From: Helicobacteraceae bacterium
GTDB lineage: Bacteria; Campylobacterota; Campylobacteria; Campylobacterales; Sulfurimonadaceae
DNA length: 64,000 nucleotides
Direction: 5' to 3'
Assembly: GCA_027023805.1 (NCBI GenBank)
Contig: JALVUF010000056.1
Span: 11,732-75,731 of the forward strand
Positions 1-10,136 of the stretch are shown in pieces (position 1 is the stretch's first letter; each line of letters starts with the position of its first letter). The notes beneath the pieces were generated by a model that had not been told where the DNA came from, ran no database searches, and worked only from the letters and a program-made list of their open reading frames with translations. The translations under genes were made by a program, and so were the position numbers.

Positions 1-799
1 TGTACGGAAGCTGCAAAATATATATAATAGTTCCGCAGTAGTAGATAAAACTGATTCATTTTGGATTTTGACGGCAAATTATTTTGGGCTTTTTGCCAAT
101 ATTTTATTTATACTTAGTGTTATATATTTTTCTTCTTTACAGCAAAGCGCGATCAGCATAGCGTTTTATCTTTATCTTATTTTAACGGCTGTTAGCGTAA
201 CTCAAAGGATGGTACCGTTTTTTTCCAATTCCTTGATACAAAAGAATCATCCGTTTATGAAAATCATTCTTGTTTCGTTTATTGTTTTAGTTGTTACAAA
301 TGTTGCAAATTTTACAATAGGCAGCATAGCAGTAGATCTCTTTTTGGCTTTTTATATATTTGGCGAAATTTTAAGATGGAAGTTACACCCTTTTAATTCA
401 CCGGCAATTATATGGATTTTACATTTAGCTGTATTTTGGCTCCCTGTCGCATTTTTATTCTCTGCTATTAGCCTAATAGCAGCTATGATGATGCATACAA
501 CATTTTATTTTTTAGGTATTCATCTGTTGGCATTGGGGTTTTTAACAACTTTGTTGATTGGTTTTGCAACGCGAGTAACGCTAGGTCATTCAAATCAGAT
601 ACCTCATGCAGACAAGATAACTGTGTATATATTTTATTTTACACAGATTGTAGTGCTTTTTAGGGCGCTATATAGCGTCAATATATCATTTGGGTGGGGT
701 CTGGGTTTTCTATTTGATTTGGCTGTTATTGCATGGATACTGATGATTCTAGTTTGGAGTATTAAATATATCCGTTTTATTATTTTTAAAAATATATAG
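1..799 (+). CDS. NnrS-family heme/copper membrane protein, 5'-truncated by the window edge
   Basis: The reading frame stays open from nt 2 to the listed TTG at 68, so the gene probably starts upstream of the window. The protein is polytopic and hydrophobic. It carries an 'ATRVTLGHSNQ' motif resembling the conserved NnrS 'R-x-x-x-GH' segment. Confidence 0.55.
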   Translation, partial: VRKLQNIYNSSAVVDKTDSFWILTANYFGLFANILFILSVIYFSSLQQSAISIAFYLYLILTAVSVTQRMVPFFSNSLIQKNHPFMKIILVSFIVLVVTNVANFTIGSIAVDLFLAFYIFGEILRWKLHPFNSPAIIWILHLAVFWLPVAFLFSAISLIAAMMMHTTFYFLGIHLLALGFLTTLLIGFATRVTLGHSNQIPHADKITVYIFYFTQIVVLFRALYSVNISFGWGLGFLFDLAVIAWILMILVWSIKYIRFIIFKNI

Positions 800-891
800 C
801 GATTATAAGCTATTTGCAATATCTTTTAGAAATATACAAGGGTTATGTAGTTATAATAATCTGAAATAATCTTTTTATTAAAGGAATTATA

Positions 892-2604
892 TTGAGCATA
901 CCGATTTATACTTATGATGCAATTATTGTCGGAGCCGGATTGGCAGGCAATGCAGCAGCCAGAGAGCTGAAAAATGAAGGTAAAAATGTTGCCGTAATAA
1001 CCAAGCTTCATCCGCTTCGTTCACACTCAGGCGCGGCACAAGGCGGGATTAATGCAGCACTTAGCAGTGCAGACAGTATAGAGCTGCACGAGTTTGATAC
1101 CGTAAAAGGATCTGATTATCTAGCAGATCAAGATGCGGTTGAATTTATGTGCCAAAAGGCACCTGAGACGGTTAGATGGGCAGAGAGAATGGGAGCGACA
1201 TTTAGTAGAAAAGAGGATGGTCAGATAGCCCAGCGCCCATTTGGAGGACAGTCTTCTCCACGTGCATGTTATGCTAAAGACAGGATTGGGCTAACGCTCT
1301 TACAGACTATATATGAGCAAGCCTCTAGGCTTGGGGTAAAGTTTTTAGATGAGTGGTATGCAACGGATTTAATCTATAAAGACGGCAAGGTTTCAGGTAT
1401 TGTGGCTTTTCATCTACGCGATACTCAAATAGCAATTTTTAATGCAAAATCAGTTATGTTTGCAACGGGTGGATATGCTCGTGCATTTAAGATAAGTTCC
1501 AATGCTCATGCCAATACCGGTGATGGTTTATCGATTGTAGCTAGACACGGTTTACCTCTTGAGGATATGGAATTTGTACAATTTCATCCATCGGGATTAT
1601 CCGGAAACGGTGTTTTAATTTCTGAGGCAGCAAGAGGAGAGGGCGGTAAACTCTTTAACTCCAAAGGCGAGCGTTTTATGGAGAGATATGCTCCTAATGC
1701 GCTGGAGCTTGCCAGTCGTGATGTTGTTAGTCGCGCTATTGTTAATGAGATTCGCGAAGGGCGCGGGGTCGGTCCTAGAAAAGATGCCGTGTATCTTGAC
1801 GTTACGCATCTTGGCAAAGACTTGATTATGCAGAGACTTCCTGAATTACGTGATCTTGCTATCACATTTTTAGGGCTTGATATGATAAAAGAGCCAATCT
1901 TGATCTCAGCAACCGCACACTATTCGATGGGCGGTATTCCGGTAGATATTCCCGGACATGTCCGTAAAAATAATACTGAATTTGTTGAAGGATTTTATGC
2001 GGCAGGTGAGTGTTCGTGTGTATCAGTTCACGGTGCAAACCGTTTAGGCGCAAATTCTGTTTTAGAAGCACTTTTATTTGGTAGATTTGTGGGTAAGACC
2101 ATGGCAAGTGAGATAGATGATATTGTACTGCGTCCGGCTACTGAAGATGATGCCAAAAGAGCTATTGATGAGATTAACTGGATCCTTAACAATAACGGAG
2201 ACGAAAGAGTCGCACAGTTAAGAGACGAGTTGCAAGATACGATGACAGACCATGCAGGTGCCTTTAGAACAGAGGAATCTTTGCAAGTAGCGGTAGATAA
2301 AATCAAAGAACTAAGACAAAGACATAAAAATATTCGCATAGATGATAAATCAAAAGTTTTTAATACGGAATTGCAAGAGGCTCTTGAATTTGGGCATATG
2401 CTTGATTATGCTAAATTTATAGTAGAGAGCGCTATTGCTAGAAAAGAGAGCAGAGGAGCGCATTTTAGAGAAGATTTTGACAAGCGTGATGATGTAAACT
2501 TTTTGAAGCACACAATGGGATATATGGATACAAGCGGAGATATAAAACTTGACTATATGGATGTCACTCTTGGAAAACATGAACTTAAAGAAAGAACTTA
2601 TTAA
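892..2604 (+). CDS. sdhA: Succinate dehydrogenase/fumarate reductase flavoprotein subunit
   Basis: N-terminal FAD fold '[13 protein letters not shown]'. Flavinylation-type motif '[14 protein letters not shown]'. Also 'FHPSG' and '[10 protein letters not shown]'. TTG start preceded by AAAGGAA. No twin-arginine signal. Confidence 0.9.
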   Translation: MSIPIYTYDAIIVGAGLAGNAAARELKNEGKNVAVITKLHPLRSHSGAAQGGINAALSSADSIELHEFDTVKGSDYLADQDAVEFMCQKAPETVRWAERMGATFSRKEDGQIAQRPFGGQSSPRACYAKDRIGLTLLQTIYEQASRLGVKFLDEWYATDLIYKDGKVSGIVAFHLRDTQIAIFNAKSVMFATGGYARAFKISSNAHANTGDGLSIVARHGLPLEDMEFVQFHPSGLSGNGVLISEAARGEGGKLFNSKGERFMERYAPNALELASRDVVSRAIVNEIREGRGVGPRKDAVYLDVTHLGKDLIMQRLPELRDLAITFLGLDMIKEPILISATAHYSMGGIPVDIPGHVRKNNTEFVEGFYAAGECSCVSVHGANRLGANSVLEALLFGRFVGKTMASEIDDIVLRPATEDDAKRAIDEINWILNNNGDERVAQLRDELQDTMTDHAGAFRTEESLQVAVDKIKELRQRHKNIRIDDKSKVFNTELQEALEFGHMLDYAKFIVESAIARKESRGAHFREDFDKRDDVNFLKHTMGYMDTSGDIKLDYMDVTLGKHELKERTY

Positions 2605-2615
2605 AGGAAGAAAAT

Positions 2616-3599
2616 ATGAGTAGAGAAACTGTAACTACACAAGAAGTCAAATTTAATGTATTTCGCTTTAATGCTGATGATGATTATCTTCCATACTATA
2701 AAGAATATACTCTTGAAGTAACTTCAGAAGATGTAGTGCTTGATATTTTAAATAAGATTAAGTGGGAGCATGACGGGAGTTTTTCATATAGACGAAGTTG
2801 TCGTCATGGTATTTGCGGTGCTTGTGCTATGAAAGTAAACGGTCGATCAACATTAGCTTGTAAAGAGCGCATGATGGATATGATTGAGCTATTTGGTAAT
2901 GAAATGACCCTAGAGCCTTTAAGTGTTAAGCGGGCTGTTAAAGATCTTATTATTGATAAGTCAGATTTTTGGGAAAAACATGCGAAAATAGATCCTTATC
3001 TAGTTGATGAGATTGATGAAACGCCTGAGCATGAGAATTTAGTTTCTCAAGCTGATATGGATAAGCTTCTTGATGCGGATGTTTGTATCCAGTGCGGGGC
3101 ATGTCATTATGCATGCCCGGCAGTCGCTATAAATGAAGAATTTATCGGGCCTGCTGCTTTTGCGGCTGCTTATCGTTTTGAGATTGATGCACGTGATCAG
3201 TCAAACAATGCAAGACTTGAAATTGTAGATCAGGAAAAACAGGGCGTGTGGGATTGTGTAAAATGTTTCGAATGTCAGGAAGCTTGCCCAAAAGATATTA
3301 ATCCAATAGAAAAGATTACAAAACTTCACAATATGATTTTTAAAGAAGGTATGGCAAATAATGATGTAGCAGCTAGACATGCAGTCGGGTTTGAGCGTTC
3401 AATCAAAAAACATGGTATCTTAGATGAGGGTGAATTAGTTAGATACAGTGAGGGAAATATAGGTGTTTTAAAACATGTGCCCGTTGCACTTAAGATGTTT
3501 AAAAAAGGTAAAATAGTTTTACCGTGGAAGATGCCAAAAGCGGATAAGCTTGATGAAATTAAAAAACTTGTTGAGTCATCATCAACTGTAAAATATTAG
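2616..3599 (+). CDS. sdhB: Succinate dehydrogenase/fumarate reductase iron-sulfur subunit
   Basis: 2Fe-2S motif 'CRHGICGACAMKVNG'. Two ferredoxin-type clusters, 'CIQCGACHYACP' and 'CVKCFECQEACP'. Lies 12 nt downstream of sdhA. Confidence 0.9.
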   Translation: MSRETVTTQEVKFNVFRFNADDDYLPYYKEYTLEVTSEDVVLDILNKIKWEHDGSFSYRRSCRHGICGACAMKVNGRSTLACKERMMDMIELFGNEMTLEPLSVKRAVKDLIIDKSDFWEKHAKIDPYLVDEIDETPEHENLVSQADMDKLLDADVCIQCGACHYACPAVAINEEFIGPAAFAAAYRFEIDARDQSNNARLEIVDQEKQGVWDCVKCFECQEACPKDINPIEKITKLHNMIFKEGMANNDVAARHAVGFERSIKKHGILDEGELVRYSEGNIGVLKHVPVALKMFKKGKIVLPWKMPKADKLDEIKKLVESSSTVKY

Positions 3600-3609
3600 G
3601 AGTTAAAAT

Positions 3610-4497
3610 ATGGCAGAGAAATTAAAATATGCACTTTTTACAGGATGTACGGCAAAAGAGAGTACTCCTGAGCAGATGATGTCAACAATGGCAGTTGCAG
3701 ATAAACTAGGTATAGAGCTTATAGAATTAACTGAAGCTTCATGTTGCGGCGCTTCGCATTTGCAAGATTATGATGATTTTTTGTCATTAGTTCTTAATGC
3801 CCGCAATATTGCCTATGCTGAAAAACATGGTTTAACCATGGTGACAATATGTAATACATGCCAGTTAAATTCCGCTATGACAAAACATAGACTAGATAAT
3901 AATGCAGAATTAAAAGCCAAAGTAAATGCAAAATTGGCAGAAGTTGGTCTTGAATATAAAGGCACATCCTTAGTTACACATTTTTTATACGCTATTATTG
4001 ATGATTTTGGTTTGGATAAAATCAAAGAGATGGTTGTAAAACCTCTTAGTCAGTTTAACATCGCTCCTTTTTATGGATGTCATAATATTCGCCCGTCAGA
4101 ATTGCAAAATGAATCTCATAGGACAGCGGAAAATCCATATAATCCTACATCGCTAGATGATCTCATCATTGCATGTGGAGGTCACAATGTTGATTATAAT
4201 GAAAAAAATAAATGCTGTGGCTTTCATGCTGAACTTCAAGCACCACATACTGCAGCGGTTTTAACAGGAAATGCAGTTGCGGGCGCTATGGATAATAATG
4301 CTGATTGGATGGTAACTCCATGTCCGCTTTGTCATTTAAAACTAGATACTCAAACAGGTCATGCTTCTCAAGCCATAGGTAGAGAAGTCTCACTTCCGGT
4401 ATTGCATATGCAACAGATGATTGGCTTAGCACTTGGATGCTCATACGAAGAACTAGGCTTAAAACATCACGTTACCGCCGTTGATTTTGTTTCATAG
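3610..4497 (+). CDS. sdhE: Type-E SQR/QFR third subunit with two cysteine-rich CCG domains (HdrB-like, SdhE type)
   Basis: Two CCG motifs ('ASCCGASH' and 'KCCGFHA'), each followed by CxxC ('CNTC', 'CPLCH'). No transmembrane helices. Last gene of the sdh operon. Confidence 0.8.
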   Translation: MAEKLKYALFTGCTAKESTPEQMMSTMAVADKLGIELIELTEASCCGASHLQDYDDFLSLVLNARNIAYAEKHGLTMVTICNTCQLNSAMTKHRLDNNAELKAKVNAKLAEVGLEYKGTSLVTHFLYAIIDDFGLDKIKEMVVKPLSQFNIAPFYGCHNIRPSELQNESHRTAENPYNPTSLDDLIIACGGHNVDYNEKNKCCGFHAELQAPHTAAVLTGNAVAGAMDNNADWMVTPCPLCHLKLDTQTGHASQAIGREVSLPVLHMQQMIGLALGCSYEELGLKHHVTAVDFVS

Positions 4498-4523
4498 ATG
4501 ATAAGAAACTTTGTTTTTTAGAC

Positions 4524-5054
4524 CTATCTTTTTTTAGGTCTAAAAGGTTTGATTACATCTTCATGACACTCCAGATATGGTCCTTCTATTAAGTCTATAC
4601 AATACGGAACAGCAGGAAAAACTGCATCCAGACACTGTCTGATTGATTTTGGTTTACCGGGAAGATTGATAATAACGGCTTTGCCGCATATACCGGCAGT
4701 TTGACGAGATAAAATCGCAGTAGGGACATATTGCAAGCTGACCTGCCTCATAAGTTCTCCAAATCCAGGCAGCATTTTATCGCATACATTTTCTGTAGCT
4801 TCAGGGGTAACATCTCTTATTGCCGGTCCCGTCCCGCCTGTTGTAACTACCAAGCAGCACTCTTTGCATAATTCTTTTAATGTATTTTCTATAATATCCT
4901 GCTCATCTGCTACGCATTTGTAGATGATATCAAATTCACTTTTTAGATAATCTTGCATAGTTTGTTGTATAGCCATACCCGAAATATCCTCATATATACC
5001 TGCACTTGCTCTATCGCTTGCTGTTAATACGCCGATTTTAATTTTTTCACTCAT
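4524..5054 (-). CDS. mogA: Molybdopterin adenylyltransferase MogA
   Basis: 'MSEKIKIGVLTASDRASAGIYEDISG' and 'TTGGTGP' are MogA/MoaB-type motifs. I chose the ATG at 5054 (AAGGAG 7 nt upstream) over the longer track ORF starting at 5120. Confidence 0.85.
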   Translation of the reverse strand: MSEKIKIGVLTASDRASAGIYEDISGMAIQQTMQDYLKSEFDIIYKCVADEQDIIENTLKELCKECCLVVTTGGTGPAIRDVTPEATENVCDKMLPGFGELMRQVSLQYVPTAILSRQTAGICGKAVIINLPGKPKSIRQCLDAVFPAVPYCIDLIEGPYLECHEDVIKPFRPKKR

Positions 5055-5067
5055 AGTATCTCCTTGT

Positions 5068-5580
5068 TTAATGTAATTGTAAAAAATGGTTTGCATTTTT
5101 AATAAAATATACAGTTGCAAATGGAATAAAAAAATCTTTTACCTCTTGGACATTGATAATACTGTCTTTTTGTCCTAGATATACTTCAATATCGATATTT
5201 TTTTGAGCTAATTGGCGTAATTTGTCCGGCTGCCATTGATACCATAAAAGTTCACTTAGCTGCTTACTTGTTGTATCTACTTGCGAAATAGCTTTTATAG
5301 CATGTGGTTTAAAACAATTTCGTATAAAATGTTTTAGATATACCTTGGTGTTCTTTTTATACTGCGTCAACTGTATTTGTTTAAAATCTTCAGTTTGATT
5401 TTGGAAAAATGCCGGTGAAAAAAGCTGTAGCTTATCTATTCTGTCTTTACATGTAAGTGCAAACTCAAAAGCCTTGATGGCACCAAAACTAAATCCGGCT
5501 GCTGTATATGCTGTATCATCAATATAGTCTTTAAAAAAAAGTTTATCATTTTTTAAAGAAAAACCACTAAAGTAATGCAT
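5068..5580 (-). CDS. Small alpha/beta-hydrolase with a GxSxG nucleophile; candidate pimeloyl-ACP methyl ester esterase (BioV/BioG-like)
   Basis: 170 aa with a 'GFSFG' nucleophile elbow near the N-terminus. It sits directly downstream of the FtsH paralog, the position I recall (from memory, not searched) for Helicobacter bioV. Confidence 0.45.
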   Translation of the reverse strand: MHYFSGFSLKNDKLFFKDYIDDTAYTAAGFSFGAIKAFEFALTCKDRIDKLQLFSPAFFQNQTEDFKQIQLTQYKKNTKVYLKHFIRNCFKPHAIKAISQVDTTSKQLSELLWYQWQPDKLRQLAQKNIDIEVYLGQKDSIINVQEVKDFFIPFATVYFIKNANHFLQLH

Positions 5581-7213
5581 CTAGTTTCTCGTTTATTTGT
5601 TGTTTTGTGATACATTCTTCATCTTCTAAGATTGATTCTGCATATTCAACAATCTGATTTAGTTCTTTGAGTATATTTTTAACTTCTTGAAAAAGTGCTT
5701 CAAGCATTTGGCTCTTTGCATTTTCGTTAGGCATTAAAACATCTCCCATGCCATACACATACAACATTTTTGATACAATATCTTTTGCTGCTTTAAGGTC
5801 TGCTTGAGCATTATCAGAGTGTTGATTAAATTTTAAATCACAAGCTGCCATTCCGGCTAAAAGCATTTTTACACGGATTTGTAATTCAGATTTAACAGCG
5901 GGCATATTTGTAGGCGGTGTTATTTGATCATTAGATAGCAAAAGTTTATCAAAATGTATATCAAACAATGTAGCTATAACAGCTTTACCGGCTTGATAAC
6001 ATACCCGGTATGCTTTTTGTTTGTCACTTAGCATCAATATTTTACGTTTACCAAACATTACTTTATCTTTAACCTGAAAAAAATGTTCTGTTGCTACTTG
6101 TGAATAATTTTGACGTATAGTCAGTAGTGTTGCTTCATTTACTAAAGTTGCCAGTGCGGCGCCGCTAAATCCTACTGTTGTTTCAGCAATTTTGTGAGTA
6201 TCTACATTATTTGGTATATTGCGTAGATATTTTTCTAAAATTGAGTTTCTTTCCTGTTTTGTAGGAAGTTCCACAAAAATTCTTCTATCAAATCGTCCCG
6301 AACGCAGAAGTGCATCATCTAAGACATTAATTTTATTGGTAGCACCTACTACTATGATATCGCTTGAATCTTCAAAACCATCCATCTCAGTTAGAAGTTG
6401 ATTTAGAGTTGCTTCTCTTTCATCATTTTGTGCTCCGTCCCTTTTTTTGCCTACAGCATCTATCTCATCTATAAAAATTATTGCAGGTGAATTATTTTTT
6501 GCAGCCATAAACAGCTCATGGACTCTTTTTGCGCCCATCCCAACATAGATTTGAACAAATGCTGCTCCACTTTGATAAAAAAATGAAACATCAGCCTCAT
6601 GTGCCAATGCTTTTGCTATCATAGTTTTACCAATGCCAGGCGGTCCTATAAGTAAAACTCCACGTGGTAGTTTTGCTCCAAAACGATGATATTTTATAGG
6701 ATTTTTTAAAAAATTTATTATCTCTTCAAGTTCGCTTTTAACTTCAGCTAGGCCGCCTATATCTTCAAAAGAGATATTTGGCTTGACTACCTCAATAGGT
6801 AAATCGTTTTGTATTTCGTTTTGCGTATTTGCGGTACGCGATCTCTTATTGTCAGTGAAATATTGTTTTTTTTGCATGAGTCTAAAAAGAAGTGATCCGA
6901 TTCCCAAAATTAAAACCGCAATCAATATATATAAAAGAGGATCTTTGTCGTTTTGTATGTGTACTTGATAATTTTCAAAAAGCTTTGGCGTTACTTGCGA
7001 GCTTGCTATTTTATAATAACCATGACTAGTATCAAGATATGTATATTGTCTAGTAGCTATAACTTTTGAGATTTGATGTTTTTGGACAAGCTGTTTTGCT
7101 TGATTTAGGGTAATGCCATGAGCGTTATTTCTTAAAAATGCAAATGCGATAAGGATGATAATAACAAAGGCAGATACATATATAATAATATTATTATATT
7201 TAGATTTGAACAT
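5567..7213 (-). CDS. FtsH-like membrane AAA+ ATPase paralog with a degenerate protease site
   Basis: Two N-terminal TM helices. Walker A 'GPPGIGKT', Walker B 'IIFIDEID', second region of homology 'ATNKINVLDDALLRSGRFDRR'. Where FtsH has HEAGH, this protein has 'YQAGK' (nt 5984-5998). Confidence 0.8.
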   Translation of the reverse strand: MFKSKYNNIIIYVSAFVIIILIAFAFLRNNAHGITLNQAKQLVQKHQISKVIATRQYTYLDTSHGYYKIASSQVTPKLFENYQVHIQNDKDPLLYILIAVLILGIGSLLFRLMQKKQYFTDNKRSRTANTQNEIQNDLPIEVVKPNISFEDIGGLAEVKSELEEIINFLKNPIKYHRFGAKLPRGVLLIGPPGIGKTMIAKALAHEADVSFFYQSGAAFVQIYVGMGAKRVHELFMAAKNNSPAIIFIDEIDAVGKKRDGAQNDEREATLNQLLTEMDGFEDSSDIIVVGATNKINVLDDALLRSGRFDRRIFVELPTKQERNSILEKYLRNIPNNVDTHKIAETTVGFSGAALATLVNEATLLTIRQNYSQVATEHFFQVKDKVMFGKRKILMLSDKQKAYRVCYQAGKAVIATLFDIHFDKLLLSNDQITPPTNMPAVKSELQIRVKMLLAGMAACDLKFNQHSDNAQADLKAAKDIVSKMLYVYGMGDVLMPNENAKSQMLEALFQEVKNILKELNQIVEYAESILEDEECITKQQINEKLDALL

Positions 7214-8465
7214 AATTATATTTGTCCTTTACGATACAATCGTTACATGTAATCCAATTTCCGCTTAAATCTTCGTTTGATTGTATCGTAATTTTATTAA
7301 AATATTGATCGAGACCGCTGTATAAGCCGTTTTTTGTCTTATGTTCAACTAAAATATCAAGATTTTTGTTGTGCTTTAGTCTAAATTGGTAGTTTTTATG
7401 CTCAACTATGTTTGTTATTTGGTGCAACCTTTTTTTGGCAACATCTCCGCTTATGGTATCTTTCATGGTTGCAGAGACTGTTTTATCTCGTTTTGAATAG
7501 GAAAAAGCATGCAGATGAGTAAGTGGTAAAAGTTTCAGATTGCTAACTGCCTCATTCCATATCTCTTCGCTCTCACCAGGATGGCCGACTATAAAATCTG
7601 TCCCTAGAGCAAAATTTTTATCTCTTAGTAGCTCAAACAGTTCCATATCTTGTTTAAAATGATTTCGCCTATTCATAATTTTTAACATTTTTTGTGATGT
7701 ATGCTGAAGAGCGATATGTAGATGCCTCTCAAGCCAAGGTTCATCTAAGATTTCTTTAAATTCATCATTAATTTGGATAGGCTCAAGACTTCCTATACGT
7801 ATTCGTCTAACCCCGCGTATTTGACTCATTCGCTTCATAAGGCGTGCGATATTCGTGTTTGAGCCGGTACCGTAACTACCGACATTTGTTCCAGTTAGGA
7901 TAAACTCTCCAAAGCCATTGGATGAGAGTTTACTTACTTGCTGCAATATACGCTCTTCATCCATACTTCTTGCATCACCGCGGACAAAAGGTATTATACA
8001 GTAGTTGCATCTAAAATTGCATCCTTCTTGAATTTTGATAAATGCTCTACTTTTGCCTATAAACTCTCCAATTATACTTTTATCAACAAACTTAAGGTCT
8101 CCTAGCTCATAAAATGCTGTGTCGCTTTGGAGTAGTTTGTCTATCTTTTGTTTTTCACTTTGCCCAAAAACTCCAAAAACTTTTTCATCTTTAAAAAGAT
8201 CTTCTCCTTTTGTGTGAGCACCGCATCCGGTTAGAAAAATCTTTGCTTTAGTATTGTTATTTATGTGGTTGACATAGGAGCGTACGGTAGTATCCGCACT
8301 ATTTGTAACTGTGCATGAGTTGATTACTATAACATCTGCATTGTTTTCATCATTTGTGATTTCAAAATTATCCAATTTATTCATCATAACCTGAGAATCA
8401 AACATATTTGTTCTGCAGCCAAAAGTTTTGAAATACACCCTGCTTTTTTTATTGTTTTTAGTCAT
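7200..8465 (-). CDS. mtaB: Radical-SAM methylthiotransferase, MiaB/RimO/MtaB family (MtaB-like)
   Basis: N-terminal UPF0004 cysteines ('FGCRTN', 'INSCTV', 'GCGAH'). Radical-SAM motif 'CNFRCNYC'. About 420 aa. Confidence 0.75.
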   Translation of the reverse strand: MTKNNKKSRVYFKTFGCRTNMFDSQVMMNKLDNFEITNDENNADVIVINSCTVTNSADTTVRSYVNHINNNTKAKIFLTGCGAHTKGEDLFKDEKVFGVFGQSEKQKIDKLLQSDTAFYELGDLKFVDKSIIGEFIGKSRAFIKIQEGCNFRCNYCIIPFVRGDARSMDEERILQQVSKLSSNGFGEFILTGTNVGSYGTGSNTNIARLMKRMSQIRGVRRIRIGSLEPIQINDEFKEILDEPWLERHLHIALQHTSQKMLKIMNRRNHFKQDMELFELLRDKNFALGTDFIVGHPGESEEIWNEAVSNLKLLPLTHLHAFSYSKRDKTVSATMKDTISGDVAKKRLHQITNIVEHKNYQFRLKHNKNLDILVEHKTKNGLYSGLDQYFNKITIQSNEDLSGNWITCNDCIVKDKYNYVQI

Positions 8466-9510
8466 GTATCATAAAACCATTTAAAATATCCAGAAGGATC
8501 GCTTTGTTTATATCGTTTTTAATCTCTACATCTCCTATATGCTTTGGAAGTATGAACTTTATTTTTTTATCCGTACTTTTTTTATCTAGAAAAAAAGCTT
8601 CATAAAAAGTTTCAATATTTTTAATCTTATAAGATGTAGGCAGATCGTATGATTGTAGTAATATCTTAATCAAATCAGCTTCTTGAGCCGTCATTAACGA
8701 TAGCTTTACAGCCAGCTCATTTGCCATAACCATGCCTATTGCAACCGCTTCTCCATGCAGGTATTGCGTATAATTTGTTTCATTTTCAATCACATGTGCA
8801 AACGTGTGTCCATAATTGAGTGCTGCTCTGATGCCTTTTTCTTTCTCATCTTGACTGACTACGGCAGCTTTTGTTTGAATAGCTTTTTTGATGGCCGTTT
8901 TTAAATTATCGCCGTCATTTAGGTTGTGTGTCTGAAGCCAGTTAAAAAATTCTTTATTAAACGTAACAGCCATCTTGATAATCTCAGCTACCCCCGCACT
9001 AAATTCTCTCTTTTGCAGGGTTGATAAGAAATGTGTATCTATATATACATGCTTAGGTTGATAAAATGCTCCTATGAGATTTTTGCCAAATTTGTTATTA
9101 ATACCTGTTTTACCGCCCACGCTTGCATCTACTTGAGAGAGCAGGGTTGTGGGTATCTGAATAAACTCGATGCCTCTTTGATATATGCTAGCCACAAAAC
9201 CGGTTATATCGCCGACAACCCCTCCGCCAAAAGCAATAAGCATTGAGCTTCGGTTAAATTTATGGTTAAACAGATTTTGCATTATCATATCGACAGTCTC
9301 TTGTTTTTTAAACTCTTCTCCATCTGTGATTGTGATGATATAGAGTTCTTTGGCGCTGATGTGTTTTAAAAGGTGGCTAAGGTGCAAACCCGCTACTTTG
9401 GGGTTTGTAATGATGGCGACTTTTGAGTCAAACTTTTGTGATTTTAGTTTATCTATTGAGATCTGGTATGAGTTGTCAATTGTTTGTTTAAGCTGTATAT
9501 TTACTGTCAT
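8458..9510 (-). CDS. aroB: 3-dehydroquinate synthase
   Basis: 'FGGGVVGDITGF', 'IPTTLLSQVDASVGGKTGIN' and 'LNYGHTFAH' are typical AroB motifs. Confidence 0.9.
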   Translation of the reverse strand: MTVNIQLKQTIDNSYQISIDKLKSQKFDSKVAIITNPKVAGLHLSHLLKHISAKELYIITITDGEEFKKQETVDMIMQNLFNHKFNRSSMLIAFGGGVVGDITGFVASIYQRGIEFIQIPTTLLSQVDASVGGKTGINNKFGKNLIGAFYQPKHVYIDTHFLSTLQKREFSAGVAEIIKMAVTFNKEFFNWLQTHNLNDGDNLKTAIKKAIQTKAAVVSQDEKEKGIRAALNYGHTFAHVIENETNYTQYLHGEAVAIGMVMANELAVKLSLMTAQEADLIKILLQSYDLPTSYKIKNIETFYEAFFLDKKSTDKKIKFILPKHIGDVEIKNDINKAILLDILNGFMIHD

Positions 9511-9566
9511 ATTTATCCATTATTTTTTTATTATATAAATATAGTCAAAATTGGCTTAAAAACCAA

Positions 9567-10136
9567 TCAGACCTTCACTCTGTTTTTGATAGCTTTGCTA
9601 AGCGATAAAATATCTATATTTTCTAAACTGACACCGGTGGGCACGCCTTGAGCAATTTTTGTAAATATAATATTGTACTGTGAAAACTTATCCTCTATAA
9701 ACAAGATGATAGAATCATTGGCAATAGATGGCGTAAAAGCAAAGATAATCTCTTGTACTCCTGCAGATATTTTGGTCTGTAGTTTTTCAATATCAAGTTC
9801 TTCAAGCGTGTCTAATACAAAATATGTACCCGAAAAAAGAGCATTTTCTTCAAACGTTAAAATGTCTTTAGCATCTTGAACTATGCAAAGAGTAGTCGCA
9901 TCTCTTGTCTGGTCGCTGCATATCGCACACAGTTCATCTTCGCTCATTCCTCCACAAGAGGTGCATTTTTTCAAGCTGCCAACGGCATCTTCGATCGCAT
10001 GTGCTATTTTTATAGCAGAAAAATTATCCCGCATTACCATAAAATATGCTATTCTTAGTGCAGATTTTTTGCCTATTGACGGAAGCTCTTCAAGTGCTTG
10101 GACTAAGCGGTTAAATTTCTCTAGTGATTTCTTCAT
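9567..10136 (-). CDS. recR: Recombination protein RecR
   Basis: Helix-hairpin-helix N-terminus 'LPSIGKKSALRIAYF'. Cys4 finger 'CTSCGG...CAIC'. Toprim-like C-terminus. Overlaps the uvrA stop by 4 nt. Confidence 0.9.
   Translation of the reverse strand: MKKSLEKFNRLVQALEELPSIGKKSALRIAYFMVMRDNFSAIKIAHAIEDAVGSLKKCTSCGGMSEDELCAICSDQTRDATTLCIVQDAKDILTFEENALFSGTYFVLDTLEELDIEKLQTKISAGVQEIIFAFTPSIANDSIILFIEDKFSQYNIIFTKIAQGVPTGVSLENIDILSLSKAIKNRVKV

Noticed and set aside
4516-4545. 10-bp-stem hairpin TTTTAGACCT...AGGTCTAAAA between sdhE and mogA as a bidirectional intrinsic terminator
   Set aside because: The U-run is 5' and the A-run 3' of the stem on both strands, which is the reverse of what intrinsic terminators need. 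It also overlaps the last mogA codons. It is a real inverted repeat, but terminator function is unsupported.
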